A stretch of 61,944 nucleotides of DNA, the filler included, from Circinaria calcarea (Eukaryota), in assembly GCA_051942165.1 (NCBI GenBank). It is 3 parts of 3 records of this genome, joined end to end, with 100 filler letters (N's around TTAATTAATTAA, not from the genome) between each part and the next. Parts side by side here need not be neighbours in the genome. Positions count along the whole stretch, not along the records: positions 20,690 to 41,268 come from JAVECS010000171.1; 2 more parts are not named here. One strand, written 5' to 3'. Shown piece by piece: positions 24,027-37,548 of the stretch. The notes beneath the pieces were generated by a model that searched no databases, had not been told where the DNA came from, and was given only the letters and a program-made list of their open reading frames with translations. The stretch's first letter is position 1, and each line of letters begins with the position of its first letter. A program made the translations under genes and the position numbers.

Positions 24027-27000
24027 AGCATACGCTTTGACTTAGTCCTATGTGTATGCTGGTGTTGAATGTCCTTTGCGGTGATCTTTATGTGTTTGAG
24101 ATTTCTCACTCCGCGAGTATCGCAGAGACCTTCTTAGCTGTTAGCCACATAGAATGTATTGTACGAAGACTTACAACTGTTATGATGCTTTCAGGCAATG
24201 ACTCTGGTGTTATTTGAAAGTGTTGTTCATGCGGTTCAGAATTTGTCTTGATAACAGGAAGTTTCAAAGGTTCCTTCGAGCGTTAATTTAACCATCACCG
24301 CGGTGACCATGATCATGAAACAATGTACTTACAGAGGCAAGATGTTCGAATGTTTCTACAACAAAGTGTAGAAGATCACAACCAAGACTTAACTTGTATT
24401 TATGCTGAGATCAAGCGAGTCGCAACCCTAAGACGGAGAATCAGCTTCGCACTGCGCGGAGATTGCCATTAAAGAATGAGAACACAGTACAACGCATGAT
24501 CCTGAATTCTGCCGCTATAACATTGAAATCAATAGGGCTATTGTGCCATATTGTTTAGGCCAGTGATGGTTCGTGCTAGCAATGTTACATACCTTGGTTG
24601 AAATGTGGAGCAGGTCGTTGACTTTGTTGGTCCTGCTTGATGACTCGGGAAAGGTCAGCAAGTTGTCTATTCAAGTCGGTCTATTGAGCGCCAAAAGATT
24701 TGTTTATCTAAGAAATTGCCAGTACAGTTATGTTTAACGCTTATCGCTATGGCGATACATAGTAAAACCCAGCGCTATTGTGCCCCTGAGTACTTATGAC
24801 CACGGAGGCCATATAATACCGTGAAAATATAGTGGGGAAGTGTATTAGAGACTTGATACGTTACTTACTTCTTGACGTATCTTTGGGCTACTTGGTTCAC
24901 TTGGGTATCTCCTCGACTGTTGAGGTGGACGCACCCAACAACTCCTACCTTCGCAGACGGGGTAATAATAACATCGTAGTGCGTTCTTCTCTAATAGATT
25001 AAAGATATGCTTGATGGAATAGATGATGAATAGAGGTTGCGAGTGTGTGATGGGCGTATGAAGGAGAGAGCAAGTGGAGGAGACTGAGAAGATACATGAG
25101 CCAGAGAATGACTAGCAGATTCATCAGGGGCAGCAGTGAATCATGCTAGCCGAGTTGCTGCAACAAGGTGATCGTAACAGTGACTGATTCGACTCCATAC
25201 TCAATGATACCTGTTAACAATAGCGTCAATAGGCCCAGTGCAGACTCAATAGACAGGTTCTCTTCTTCCAAAAGGATAATCTGTGTATGGGGGAGCATGA
25301 CCCCTGAACCAAACCATGGCTTTCTAGCTGCAACTACATCACAAGCAAGAAAGAGGGTCATCACTGTGATATCCCACCTCGGCATGCTGCACCCTGACCC
25401 CTTGGTGAACGCCTATGAGAGGAGTCATTGCCGAGTACCCGACTGTGCCAAACCCCGAAGAATGTAAAGGAGTAAGCACCCTCTGAGCTCACCGAGGCAT
25501 TCTGGTTGCATTGGAGTTGCAAGAAATACAGAAGCCCCCCATTGCTGATATCCTCATCTTGGCAAGTTGTACCCCCTCTCTGGATGTCGGCAAGAATGTC
25601 TCTAACCATGATCGCCCGGATGCGCCGACCTCGTCCGACTCTTTAAGAAGTGAGCAATCTAAGCTCACTCAGGTTTGATGCATCAAGATCACAAGGCCTT
25701 CGAGAGACTACCCATGGCTCATGTCCTCACTTCGACAGGCTGTATCCTACCCATTCCTCGAATACGGACAAGAATGCCCCTGACTTGAGCCCCCGGACGT
25801 GCCCGGACGCAACCATCTCGTCCTACCTTATATAGAAATGAAGACGGAGCAGAGTAGAGATAGTGTTTGTCTTCATTGACTGCTTGCAGAGACGAAACCA
25901 TCGTTCTGTACGATGACACCAATAAAGCGAGTTGGGAAAAAAGGGGTCACAACGCAAAGGCATGAGGAAAACTTCAAAAAGAGATGGTGAGCTGCAAATA
26001 GAAAACATATCATGCTGCCAGAGCTAACCTTCATTCAGTATTCATGCCTTGAACGGCTTGGTGAGCCTTCCATCTTCCACGCGCAGTACCATAAAATGGT
26101 TTCTTGGCTGCCTTTTTCATCTGTTTCGAGGAAGCTTGAGGGTCTTAATGTCGACATGAGAGAGGACTGTATGCACCGAAAATTTTGGCGTACAGCGGAG
26201 TTCCTGTCCATTTGTGATAAGGTCCTTGGGCGGCACAGTTTCAGGCATTACGAATTAGCATTAGTAAGAGCACCGACATAAGCCGTATAAAGGAGCAAAT
26301 TTCAGAAACAGCTTCAAGAACAAGCTGCATGATCCATGATCGAGCAGACTATCATACAGGACACTGATCAATTAAACTGCGGCCTCATACGAGACAAGGG
26401 CACGCAGCCATCAAGATATCTCCTGGCGCTGTGTTCCATTTATGACTGGTTGGTGAGCAGCCCATCTGCGCGACAGAGGCATGCAGTGATAACATCTTTT
26501 GGGCCTGGCCCCTGTCGCTCATAGATGCAAAGCTTCGGCGATTAGCATCATCCCAGATTCGCTATCTATAGAGCATGCAAGATCCATGTCAGACAGCGAA
26601 TGAGTATAAAGATGGAGAGTTTGATGTATTAGGGGTGTTTTGGAGTACGGTAAGAATGATTAAAAGGGAGGAAAAAGGCCTTGCATCAACTAGATCCAGC
26701 AGCAATATCTAGGCACAATAGACGGTCACAAATCCCAGATACAGGTTGACCGGGCTGTCTTCAGGAATCCTAAGAGATTAAGAGATGAGAGACTTAGGAG
26801 CCCGAGGATACGCAATTGATTTTTCCGGAGCGCTGTGTTGGGTTTGTCTTTATTAGTAAGAAAGCTAAGCCTTAGGGCTACCTCCGTTTGAGTGCTCGCG
26901 CCTGGGGACAAAGGCGTTAAGGGCGAGGAGGTCGAAGACGATAGACGCGGGCAGAGCTGGTAGGTGACAGCATGCATGGACTGAAAGTCCGCCGGTTGAA

Positions 27001-27656
27001 AAGATGCCAATTCCAGGTGTGATTGGGATTAGACTCAGACGATCGAGAGCACTACCGCAATACGAAGTTAATGAGCTCGTGGCCGGGTTCGAAGGAAGAC
27101 TTCCTCCGCAAATGCTGCGAGGAACGGGTTGACGCCGAGAGCGAGAGTGACGGCGGCAGAGATCCAAGGCGACACTAGAGTAGCCGCTCTTCCCGCCGAA
27201 GCTACGGCTGTGGCCAGGGGTGCAGGGCACTTACGAGTGATATGTGTTGTTCAAACGGAAGTACATGGCAGTTCCTTCATACTAAGACAGTCAAGTAACA
27301 CCATATCCAGAGTAGGAACGATACCCCATTTTACTGACGGACCTATGCTCATCCTTCTACCTTGGACTTCGGAGTCGGCTCTACCGTCAATTGCTAGCAT
27401 TATCAGCATGCACATACACATATCTTCGTCTCTTATCTCGACCAGCGGCGCGTGGATAGAATGCATTTCCGCCCATGCATAGTTTTCAGAATGCGTGTTG
27501 AATATTACAGCATAGCCAACGGATGCTTATCATGACAACCACTGACAAAATATTCAACTGTCATGTATCAATTATTACATGACCTATATTTCTACCATAG
27601 CAGGACAGGATGAATTCTTCCGGGTCCAGAAATCTGAGCAATGCTTTTCTTTTGGT

Positions 27657-29307
27657 TCAGGTGAAACATCGATCCCAATTCCCGCCTTGCATCGCAAAAC
27701 CCAAACTTCCAATGAATTTTCCGAGCCTACATCTTCCCAACGCATCGCCGCCACATGTCGTCAAAGGGAGTACTCGATCATTGATGAGTATCCGTACAAG
27801 CTCCTCATCTTCCCCTAGGCAGGTCATCTTTTCAAAGTAGGCACGTGCTGCGAAGGGAACCGTCCAGCTTGCACTATATCCCTTGGTTTGTGCAGTGGAT
27901 TCCATCGAGGTATTGGACAATGGTGACGTGGAGTTATACAGCCCCATTGCACTGTAAATCGCCATCATGTCGCTATGCATGTATGCGTTAGAATTCCGCT
28001 CTGAGCAAGAAAATGCATAAGAACTCGATATGGCGTACTTATCGTGTGAGAAGTCAGCATATAGAACCTGCTCAACCCCAATTGGGAAGGTTGCCTGTTG
28101 GTCGTCTAAAGTGTGATTCACGCTCGTATGGTCATCGACTGGCTTCTTTGTCATCCGCGCTATGAGCTCGTTTGTGAAGCCCACACCTTGGGTAGGGCCA
28201 AGGGGATTACCATGGCTATATCCATAATATTTGTTTAGTGACTGGTAGTAGTCATACTCCCGCCATTCAGTCTTGGTAAATAGGTCACAAAATGGAGAAA
28301 TCTGGCCTGTGGAAGAAGCCACCGTGTTGAAGGGACAAAGGTCCATCATGGAGATAGTGTCGAATGCGTCTAGATTCGCCCCTTTTAAACCGGCGTTTAA
28401 ACGCGCAGTTATCGGTGGTGTGAAGATGGCTTGCCACGTCTTCTGAGCGCTATTAGCAATACCGGAATCCGGGCCACCCTCGAACTCAGTGCAAAGGCCG
28501 TGACTTAATGTATTGTTGCTACCATCGGCTTCGCTGATGAGAGTCATCGGATACTCATACCCGTCTGGAGCTGTCGATGTGTTGTCAGCTAAGCGGGCTT
28601 GGTGGTAGCCCAGAGTGAAGTTCTGGGCGGATTCTACCACTCGTGCCTGTCCAGAAGAACGGACGAAAGGTGTCGAACGTCTGGCCAAGCCTTGATATCG
28701 GGTATAAAACTTGAACCCCGAGTCTACCATTTCTTGCTGACCGAAAGCAGTCAGCTGATCGGCCCCTAAAGTGTACTCATACTTTGCGAGGAAAGCATAA
28801 GCCCCGGAGAACTGCGCTACGTTGTTTTTGATCTTCTGTATCGTCATATTGTAAGATGCGGATTTGGAGGCCGTTGGATCCCTAGCCCCATGTCGAGACA
28901 GGATTTGAACGAATGAGATGTGACACCCATCAGGCAACCCTGCAGGAATCTCCGAAGGTACTGAGTAATAGGGAGAGTATTGACCCCAGAGGTGTGATAT
29001 TTCCGGCCGGCATTGATAGCCTCGGTCAACAGAGTTGCATTCCGCTGCAAGCTTTGCGGGCGTCGCGATACTGATGACTTGTCAACTTTACCCCTGATGG
29101 ATGTATTTTATATACCACCTACATAGATTTCAAGAATAAGCCAAGGATGAGAAAACTTGCAACAGAACACATGACTGCAATCCCAACACTCTTACGCGGC
29201 TTCCACAAGACTTGGAGTTTGGCTTGGCGGGAGTGCCATGATGAAGCAATATCATCTTCGCTCGAGGGAACCGGACCATATAGGTGCCTCGATTGGTTAT
29301 TTCGCAT
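27657..29307 (-). CDS. phyA: 3-phytase / histidine acid phosphatase; exons 29307-29123, 29070-28039, 27972-27657
   Basis: LWGQYSPYYS, catalytic RHGARDP, YADFSHDN after splicing 28038-27973, WTVPFAARAYFEKM, VRILINDRV. Confidence 0.95.
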
Positions 29308-29894
29308 ATTGCCGTTATTATCAGATTGACTGGTAGTATATGGATAAAATTAAAGGCACGGTCCTACGAGAGGACATGCTTATCCAGTTGGATCAAGTTG
29401 AACAGACAGTTTAATAGACGGGAAGGAAAAGTATGTCACCCTCAAGACATGAAGGAAGTAAGAGAATGCGGTATTCGGAGGGACGGCATACGTGCATTAC
29501 GTCTGAGATTAAAACCATAGAACAGTAACCAACGATTAGTAAACGTGGCTGCGGATCAAGAAAAGCGACATCGACCACTCGGTCCCTCCAGCATGCTGAT
29601 TGAAATGTATAACCTCCAGAGCTCTACAGAGTATATGAGAAGTAGTTTGGTCAAGCAATAGTATGAAGGCACACCGTTTATCATGGGTATTGGTGCCACG
29701 TCTACCAAGTTGTTATCCTCGCTCTAATCTCTATTCGGACATCGCTACATGCCTAGCTCTATGCTGATTTTGACTTGATTTCATATTTGAGTTGACTTTT
29801 GATACTAGAGGTTCGTGGAGTATCTGTTGAGATTTGCTTGTTTGGATTACGAGCTGCAAATTCCCTCCGTAAGTATCTGGATGCCATTGTGACC

Positions 29895-31026
29895 CTACCA
29901 GCCGCGGCGGTTTTGACCGCGCCCGCCCTGGTTTCTATTGCCCACACCAGCTCCTGTACCTGTGCCTGCACCTGAATTCCCATATCCAAATCCCATTTGC
30001 TGTTGACCCTGGCCTTGTTGGCCGAAGCCCTGCCCGCCCATACCTCCTGAACCTCCAGACATCATATGCGCAAATGTACTAAAATCCATTTGAGATGGGT
30101 CCATACCTTGGGCCATCATCTGTTGCATTAATTGCTGCATCTCGGGGGGTACCTCTCCAGCTCCACCCATTGGAGGGATGATAGACTGAGTACCAGTGGG
30201 ACCAGGCATGCCAGGAACAGGCACAGCCCCAGGCATGCCCAGGAAGCTCTGCATGTCTTCCATCTGCTTTTTCTGATCAATAATCTCTTTCCGTAGAGAG
30301 TTTTGCTTGAGACAGTAACTAGCCCAAGTAAATTCGTCAAATCCATAATTAAAGTAATCGGTAATATCAGTGCCCGGGCGACGCCAGGGTTTGTCGTCCT
30401 CGGGGAAATCTGAGAAGTCAGCGTTAGCAATTGATTCCTTGGGGCACCGGATTGTATATCGGGACAGACCGGCATCCATATCAATCTCGGTAATTGGCTT
30501 CCCGTTTGCCTCGTATACCGGTTTGGCGTCAATATCGAGTGTCGAAGTCTTTATTCCTGGATACGATGATCCTAATCGAGCCGCTCCTGCTTTGCTGGGA
30601 AGCTCGGCCTTGACAGTTTGTGGAGGTAGGGATTTCGAGCTTGTGGTAGGCGAGGCAGTCCTCCTAGGCTCGTTCTTTATCGCATTTACTCGTTGAGTTT
30701 GTCTGGCGTATATGAGCAGCTGTTTATGCGTCCTACTAGGGGACTTACGGGGGTTCCGGCTTGAGTCCGTCTTTTTGTTCGGTGATAATGTCTATGTCCT
30801 ATATTGTAGAATATCAGGTAAGTGAAGTGGCAGTGTGAAGAGTATCCTGTACTGAATCGCTGGCATCTTCTTCGGCCTCCTCTCCTTCTTCCCCGCCAAC
30901 GATGAGAGAATCATCTCGGTTCACGTTCTCGATGGCCGTCGAACGAGACTCATCAGCCCGAGTAGCTTCATTACCTCCCAGCCCGTCGTCTGGTGCATAG
31001 ATATCTTCTTCTTCGTCCTCCTCCAT
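29895..31026 (-). CDS. FIP1: Pre-mRNA polyadenylation factor Fip1; exons 31026-30853, 30798-30749, 30702-30470, 30409-29895
   Basis: Fip1 motif KPWRRPGTDITDYFNYGFDEFTWASYC; acidic N-terminus, G/M/Q-rich tail; three canonical introns keep the frame. Confidence 0.95.
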
Positions 31027-31260
31027 TTAATTTGGATCTACCTACGGCTGCGGTTGACATCCAGGATAACTTAGGATATGACCTTCTTCCTCGGCTAATT
31101 AGATAGATACCATTGGAAATGGACAGGGATTGGACTTGTTATGCGAGGCGTTTAATAACACGGGCCTCTGAAGATTAAGTTACTACTCCGTTCTTCTTAC
31201 CTGCGGACGCGTTCAACATTCCTCAAATCTAAATTGATCCAACATTCTTCAGATCTGAAA
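31027..31260. promoter_or_regulatory. 234-bp divergent promoter between FIP1 and NUP49
   Basis: Head-to-head start codons; one ACGCGT at 31207-31212. Confidence 0.6.
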
Positions 31261-32813
31261 ATGTTCGGGCAACAGCGGTCGCAAAGTGGACCAAGCGGCC
31301 TCAGCATCAATACCAATTCTGCCAATTCTCTACCGTGAATATATCATTCCTAATTACTATCAATTTACTGATTCAAGGCTGACCTTGGGAATACAAGCGC
31401 TTCGCAAGCTCCGCAGTCTGGTGGAGTATTCGGTACCTCCAAGACCAGCCTGTTCGGCTCTACGAATACCTCTCAAGCATCTCAGAGTGGCGGGCTTTTC
31501 AGCACATCTTCAACAAATGCCGCGGGAGGGCTGTTCGGCTCACAAACAATGGGTAATCAACCGCAGCAAGCTGGTGGGGGACTGTTTGGCACTTCATCAA
31601 TCAATGTTCAACCGTCGCAGCAAGGAGGTGGACTCTTCGGGCAAACGAACAAACAACAAAGCGGAGGCTTGTTTGGTTCTTCCAGCGCTCAGCAGTCACA
31701 ACCCCAGCAAGGTGGGGGTCTCTTATTCGGATCTTCTACTAGTCAATCGCAACCGCAACATAGTGGGTCCCTATTCGGCTCTTTAGGACAAGGGCAGGGC
31801 CAAGCCCCGCAGCAAGCACAACAAAGCAGTAGCATTTTCGGAGGAGCTAATAACACCGCCAGGTCCACGTTGTCGTGAGTAGGTCAGGCCTAGAGTTACA
31901 TGATGGCGCTAAATTACGTCCTAGTGGGAGCAACACGAACCAGGCGCGGCCTCCCTTTGGGTCTCAGCCCTCTAATATGGCTTCGACACAACAGCCTCAA
32001 AGATCAATGTTCTCCACTAGCATAGGGCAGTACTCTCAACAGCAACAGTCAGTTCCTGGTGTGCGAGTGGATTTGAGTGGAATTCGCCCCACAACGCGCC
32101 ACAACGACCTTTACGAAGATGTACAGAAGATAGTTGAAGGCGTTGATAACTTCATCCTTACACAGATGCACCTCAGTGACGAATGCGAACAAGCCATGCC
32201 AAGGATCGAATCTGCCTTCTCTTACATCCCCAGTGATGTCGAATTCTGTTCGAGAAAACTCGAAGTCATGCAGCAATCGTTGGAAAATGATGCAACGGCT
32301 ATCGACAGCGCGAAGAAACTTGTCAAATCGGATGCGGCAGATGCGAGATTGAGCTTCAAGGCCATACAGAATCTTCGCATGCCGCCTCAATTTCACCACG
32401 CAAGCCTATGGAATACGCCAGCAACTCCGCACAATGCGGGTCTGGCATTACCGGACGAGGATACAGAACACGGGGCCAGTACGGATTTGGTGTCCTACTT
32501 CGCCAAACAAGTCGACGATATGTCCAGGACGCTGGAAAACTACAGGCGTAATATCGCGGAGGTGGAGGCGTACTTGAAAGGGGTGGAGGCAAGCACGGTT
32601 CAGCAGGTGCAGCGAGCGCAGTTCACTAGAGGTAGAGATGGGGGAGAACGAAGTGCCGACGATCAGGTCAGGGAACTCGCCGCGGTACTAAGGGAGTTTG
32701 AAAACGGGATACTTGGAGTGGCTGGCAAGGTTGGCGGGGTTCGGGAACAGGTGCAGGAGGTAATGCTTGGGGAAGGAGGGATGGTGGGCAGAAGTCGCCG
32801 CCGTGGACCATAA
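31261..32813 (+). CDS. NUP49: GLFG nucleoporin Nup49/Nsp49; exons 31261-31334, 31398-31874, 31925-32813
   Basis: GGLFG repeats, then VPGVRVDLSGIRPTTRHNDL and coiled coils ending LAAVLREFENGILGVAGKVG. Confidence 0.88.
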
Positions 32814-35184
32814 AAACATCCTGCATTCCGACCATCTATTTGTGATACCACTGTTTCTCGACCGTAAGCTAGAGGGGAAACCCCGCGCCAATCAAACCTC
32901 TCATCTTTTTTTAGTTTCTTCGGTAGAATGTTCTAGGGGCGTTCTAGCTGTTTCACGGTACATTATCCGCTTCCTAGCGCGTCTTAAGCTTTGATCACGA
33001 GGATCTGTCAAGCTTCCCACCCTCCTCTGCCGAAGCCGTGCGCACCTTCAGCGACTTACTTCACGGGAATTTGTCTACCAGTAAAGATAGCCGTTGAAGC
33101 CGTAGGATTCATTAGAGTGTGGGACAAGAAAGTAGAATTGGTATTCGATTCCACAATATACTTGGTGTTATGTTTAGTATCTGCCTTGGGAAAGGTCCTG
33201 AGCAGTCGGCTCCCTCCAACGTGCCATCTGCTTTTTGATTAGAGGATATCTCGACTGCGTGACAGCGTCTTGAAACCGAGGTCATCACGAGAAAAAAAAG
33301 CCTGTGTAACCTCAGGGTCGGAAGACCGGCATACAAGTTCCGTTTAGAAGCAAGACCGTTCGTTCGTTGAGTTTTCCAGCCCGTCGAATCTTCAGCCATT
33401 TACGCTTCTTACGCTTAATTATGTTTCAGTGGAATCTTTGGTAGGCTTACCGTTCCGGTGCCTGGAGATAATTGGCGGTGGCGTGATCTGCTGTAGTACG
33501 GATCGAATAGCTTCTGAGATGGGATCCCTGGCGGCGCCTTGCCGGCCAGTCGGAACAGTGCTAACGGAGCCACTGAACAGGCTCAGTGTATACAAAGTAC
33601 TCTCTGCAAGAGTCTGGCTGGTTACATGGTATAATTCATTAAGACGGCAGGCTCCACGGCCCTGCTGGTTCTTGGCGGAAATAACGAGCAGTACAAGAAG
33701 TCGCGTTGCACGCTGGTCTCGAGGAAAAGAAGTCGTCGAGACCCAAGGCATGCAACTCTCATGCTTTCCCCCCTGCCATACCTTGACGTCCCGAGTGTTG
33801 AAACCAACGCCGCTGCAGGCATTCGAACGCCTTTTGCTTTTGCGTCTGCGAGTCTTTCGGATATGCAGTTTGCAATTCCTGCACGCCCTCTCTTTCTGAT
33901 ATGCTATTTTTGGACACATCGAGCTGGGATCTGTTTACTCGGACTTTTAAAGGACAAACCGCCAAGTTGCAGCAGCAGATCAGCCGAAGTGGCGTAGTAC
34001 CTTCGGCAAGCCCTGTGTAGCCTGCTTCTCGCGCTTTTAGGTCTGGAAGAGCCCTGCTTCCGTATGGTTCGTCGCATGGATTGCAATTTTTTACGGTGGC
34101 GGTAAGCGACGTATAGGCGTCTTTTCGAGCTTCTCGCTTCATTCCGGATCATCGATCTCCTCCTCACCGAGTCAGTTCGGACTTTGCCAGGCGAAAATCG
34201 CCGGGCTTGGTTGTATTCGGTCATGGGGGCGTTGTCAGCTCCGTTAAGATGTGTATCAGGTATCGCTGCGACGACGACCTCCGGGGATTGGGCGGCGTCG
34301 GTTTGTTTGGAGGCAAAAGACTCGTGCGCTTGTCGGCTAGTAGCCTGATTAGGTCGGAACTCGCAAGTCCAGCGCCCAGCACCATAGGGCAGACGCTTCA
34401 CAGCGTATCGGAGCTTTTCGACCGCTCAGGCCCATGGAGTCTGACGGTCCACTGCTGATGACAGTGGGCCGACCTGCAAATGGGAGTCTCTGGAAATCCT
34501 TTGCACAGCCATAGGTACCGCTTGATGCGAACTGGGAGCAAGAGCTACTTTCTCCCAGGGGCTAATCATATCATGGTTACAGTCAGGCACCATGCCTGGA
34601 CTGATTCTTTTCATAGATCACACAAGTATACATGTTATGTTCTGTCATCCCTTTGGAGACCGTTTAATCGCCAATCGCCCTGAAACAAACGGATATAAGG
34701 CCAATTGTCGAGTCCATACAAAATCCCCCAACGGCTTTGAGATTAATGGCTGCGGGAATGACAATGTCTACAAAATCTCCGGATTTTGCCGGCGGATATA
34801 ATAAAATATCATTACGAGCCTCCCCGAAGGTTGGGAAAGTGTTTAATATATCAGTTGCGCTTAGGGTAATCTTCAGGAAAGGAACTTTGGTTATCTTCTT
34901 CTATTCCAGCTCTACTCGTCAGTGTCCGTCAACCTCCATCAACCGATTCCTTCTCCATTAAGCCTTACTAATATATAGCAGCACAATTTCATAGACAGAA
35001 ATACCTTCGAAGTGATATTTAGAAAAGAGTCAGAGGGGGACATGATCTCGTGACAGCGGTGCCCCCGGATCCAGTTACGCATTCGAAGCCTACTTTTAGT
35101 CATCTACGTGTGGAGGGGCTGCTGGAAGACCCTGTGAAGAAACTTCGTGGATCACTGCACAACGCAGAAATTTGGCTGGACCAG

Positions 35185-37057
35185 ATGCCCTCTCCTGCGA
35201 ACTTGGATATTAGACTGTGTCGGATGCAGATATCATCCCCCAGATCGCCTTTGGACTGTCAAGCTTTATCCTTGGATCTGCCTCTACCGTCCGACCCATA
35301 CAGATCTAGACCAAGCGCCCGTCTACCTCCTATGTCAATACCACCAATACACCCAAATGCACTGCAGTATCGTCAAAAACCCGGCACGCCACGGTACAAC
35401 CCGATCTCTCCAAAGTCACTCGCCGGAAATGAGATTCGCAGCCCAACAAGTCACCAAAGTAGGGTGGTTGATCACGCCGGGTCTCACATGTCATCAGACT
35501 CCCCGGAATACACGGTTGAAGCACAAAGGGGCTCTTTGTATGCTAGCACGGAGTCAGGCCCGGACGTTGAAGGACCGTACGACGTCACCAGCTCAGCCGC
35601 TCTAAATTCACCTGGGACCATGAACCTGACAATGGACTCTCCTGGTGTGGCTCGAAGAGCGAAGGCCCATGTGCCTTCTGCGTGTGTGAATTGTAAGAGA
35701 AAGCATCTAGCGTGTGAGACCCGGCGTCCATGCAATAGATGCCTTCAATCTGGCAAAGAGGTAAGCCCCCATGTACCGAAAGCCTTAAATTCCCGCTGAT
35801 AAGCTTTAGGCAACCTGTATCGATGTTCAGCATAAAAAGCGGGGCCGACCAAGGCTTCGTGATGAAGACAATGCCCGAGGCGTGAATTTCGGAAGCGAAT
35901 ACCCTCATCCACAAATATTTCCTGCCCAACCCGATATGCTCACATTACAAGGCCCTTCGCAGCACGGTCACCATCGAACGCTGTCTTACCGCGAACTTCG
36001 ATCTCAGCCGGATAGTCCCTATGGCGAAGTTATGGGTGAACGATCGAGCCTCAACCGAGGTATCAACCCCGGTTTTCCTGGTATAATGACTTCGCAGGAT
36101 GGTATGGCCCCTCGAGGCCTGAGAGCGATTCGATATCTGCCGGAGATCAATCCTACAGCCTTACTTACGCTGGATTTCGTTATCTGCCGAAGCAACCACG
36201 CATTCAGCGATGCTCTAGCTCTGAGAACCAACGCGGAGGGCAAACTGCTGAACGACCTAGTCATTCCATCCGAAAAGGAGAAAATACAACGTCTTCAGAA
36301 CAATCTCAGGGTAGAAATGCACGAGTCCACGCAAGCACCTTACCCTCGCGCCTCGATGAATGAGTATGTTTCAAATAATAACCCCGAAGGGCAAGATATA
36401 TTCGAATCTACCGTTGGATTCGAGCCTCGATCAGAGTATTGGACATTCCGCTTGCCGAACGGTCAATCCAGAGGATATCCTATATCGATCAGCCTAGCTA
36501 AGACCGATGCGTACTTTGTTGTCCTGACTCTAGTCTCAAGTGCAAAACCAATGCCGATACTCCCCGCATCTCATGGAGGCTGGATACAACCAATGTCCAT
36601 ACCTACGTCGGCTCACGGCGTGCAGCCAGTATATCCCGATCGGTTGGTTGAGAGACCTAGAAGCCGTGAAATCAATGCCATGGCTCTCCCTTACCAAGGG
36701 CAGGCACCCAAATCAGTACCCCAGGGTTTCTCGACTGGGTCGCGCGGGATGGAATCATCCTACGGTCCAGACCTCCGACAGTATCGGCAGCAATCTCCAT
36801 CGCAAACCTACGACAGTGGTTCAGCTGGGTCGGTGGAGACAAACAGGTCCTCGCCTCATGGCTATGAGGTTCCGGAAGAGAGCCTTCGCCATCTGCAGCT
36901 ACCACCAATCCGGACTGATTCGACAAGAGATAGCGGCAGATTAGAGTCGTCGAAGACTAGCACATCGACGTGGAAGGAAAGTCCTGGTAAAGCAGACCCG
37001 CAGAGCGGCAAGCGAAAGAAGAGACGGAGGGTTGATATCGGGGAAATGCTACGCTAA
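35185..37057 (+). CDS. Zn(II)2Cys6 transcription factor with a possible PAS-like middle domain; exons 35185-35760 and 35810-37057 (start codon uncertain)
   Basis: ACVNCKRKHLACETRRPCNRCLQSGKE/ATCIDVQHKKRGRPRLRD across intron 35761-35809; C-terminal KRKKRRR. Confidence 0.9.
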
Positions 37058-37548
37058 TAGCCAAGTGGCAGGGACACGATAAGATGCAGTGTAAATCATG
37101 CTTCCAATGGATTGGTAAGAAAGGACTGATGACTGTGACGACTTAAACTAGACAGGAGAGGCGTGGCGTTCTAATTCAACGAATCTGTTTCTGTTCTCTC
37201 TTTGTATCAATTATAGACCATAGAACGTACCAAAAGTACTAGATTTCCGAACTGGAATAGCCGCTACAACGAAAAGTATCAACAAAAGAGATCGATTGAT
37301 TGTTCAAAGAATGGAAGACTGCCGAATCCCGAACTAGAAAAGACCTCGAGTCACACACGCAGGTAGCGCCCTCGGCACCATGTAGAGGATGGTCCCACAC
37401 ACATACTATAGCAAGATCTCGTGAGCCCACAAGTACTTTCTATGAAATTCATGTCTCATCTATGAGCGGCAACTAAACCTGTGTGTCACAAACCATCACG
37501 CCTTTAACACCACGCTCCCCAAGTAATCATATTCAAATCACCCCCGCC

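Noticed and set aside
33100..34700. Several 120-166 aa overlapping ORFs on both strands
   Set aside because: No motifs and no consistent splice model; probably the long upstream region of the Zn2Cys6 gene.
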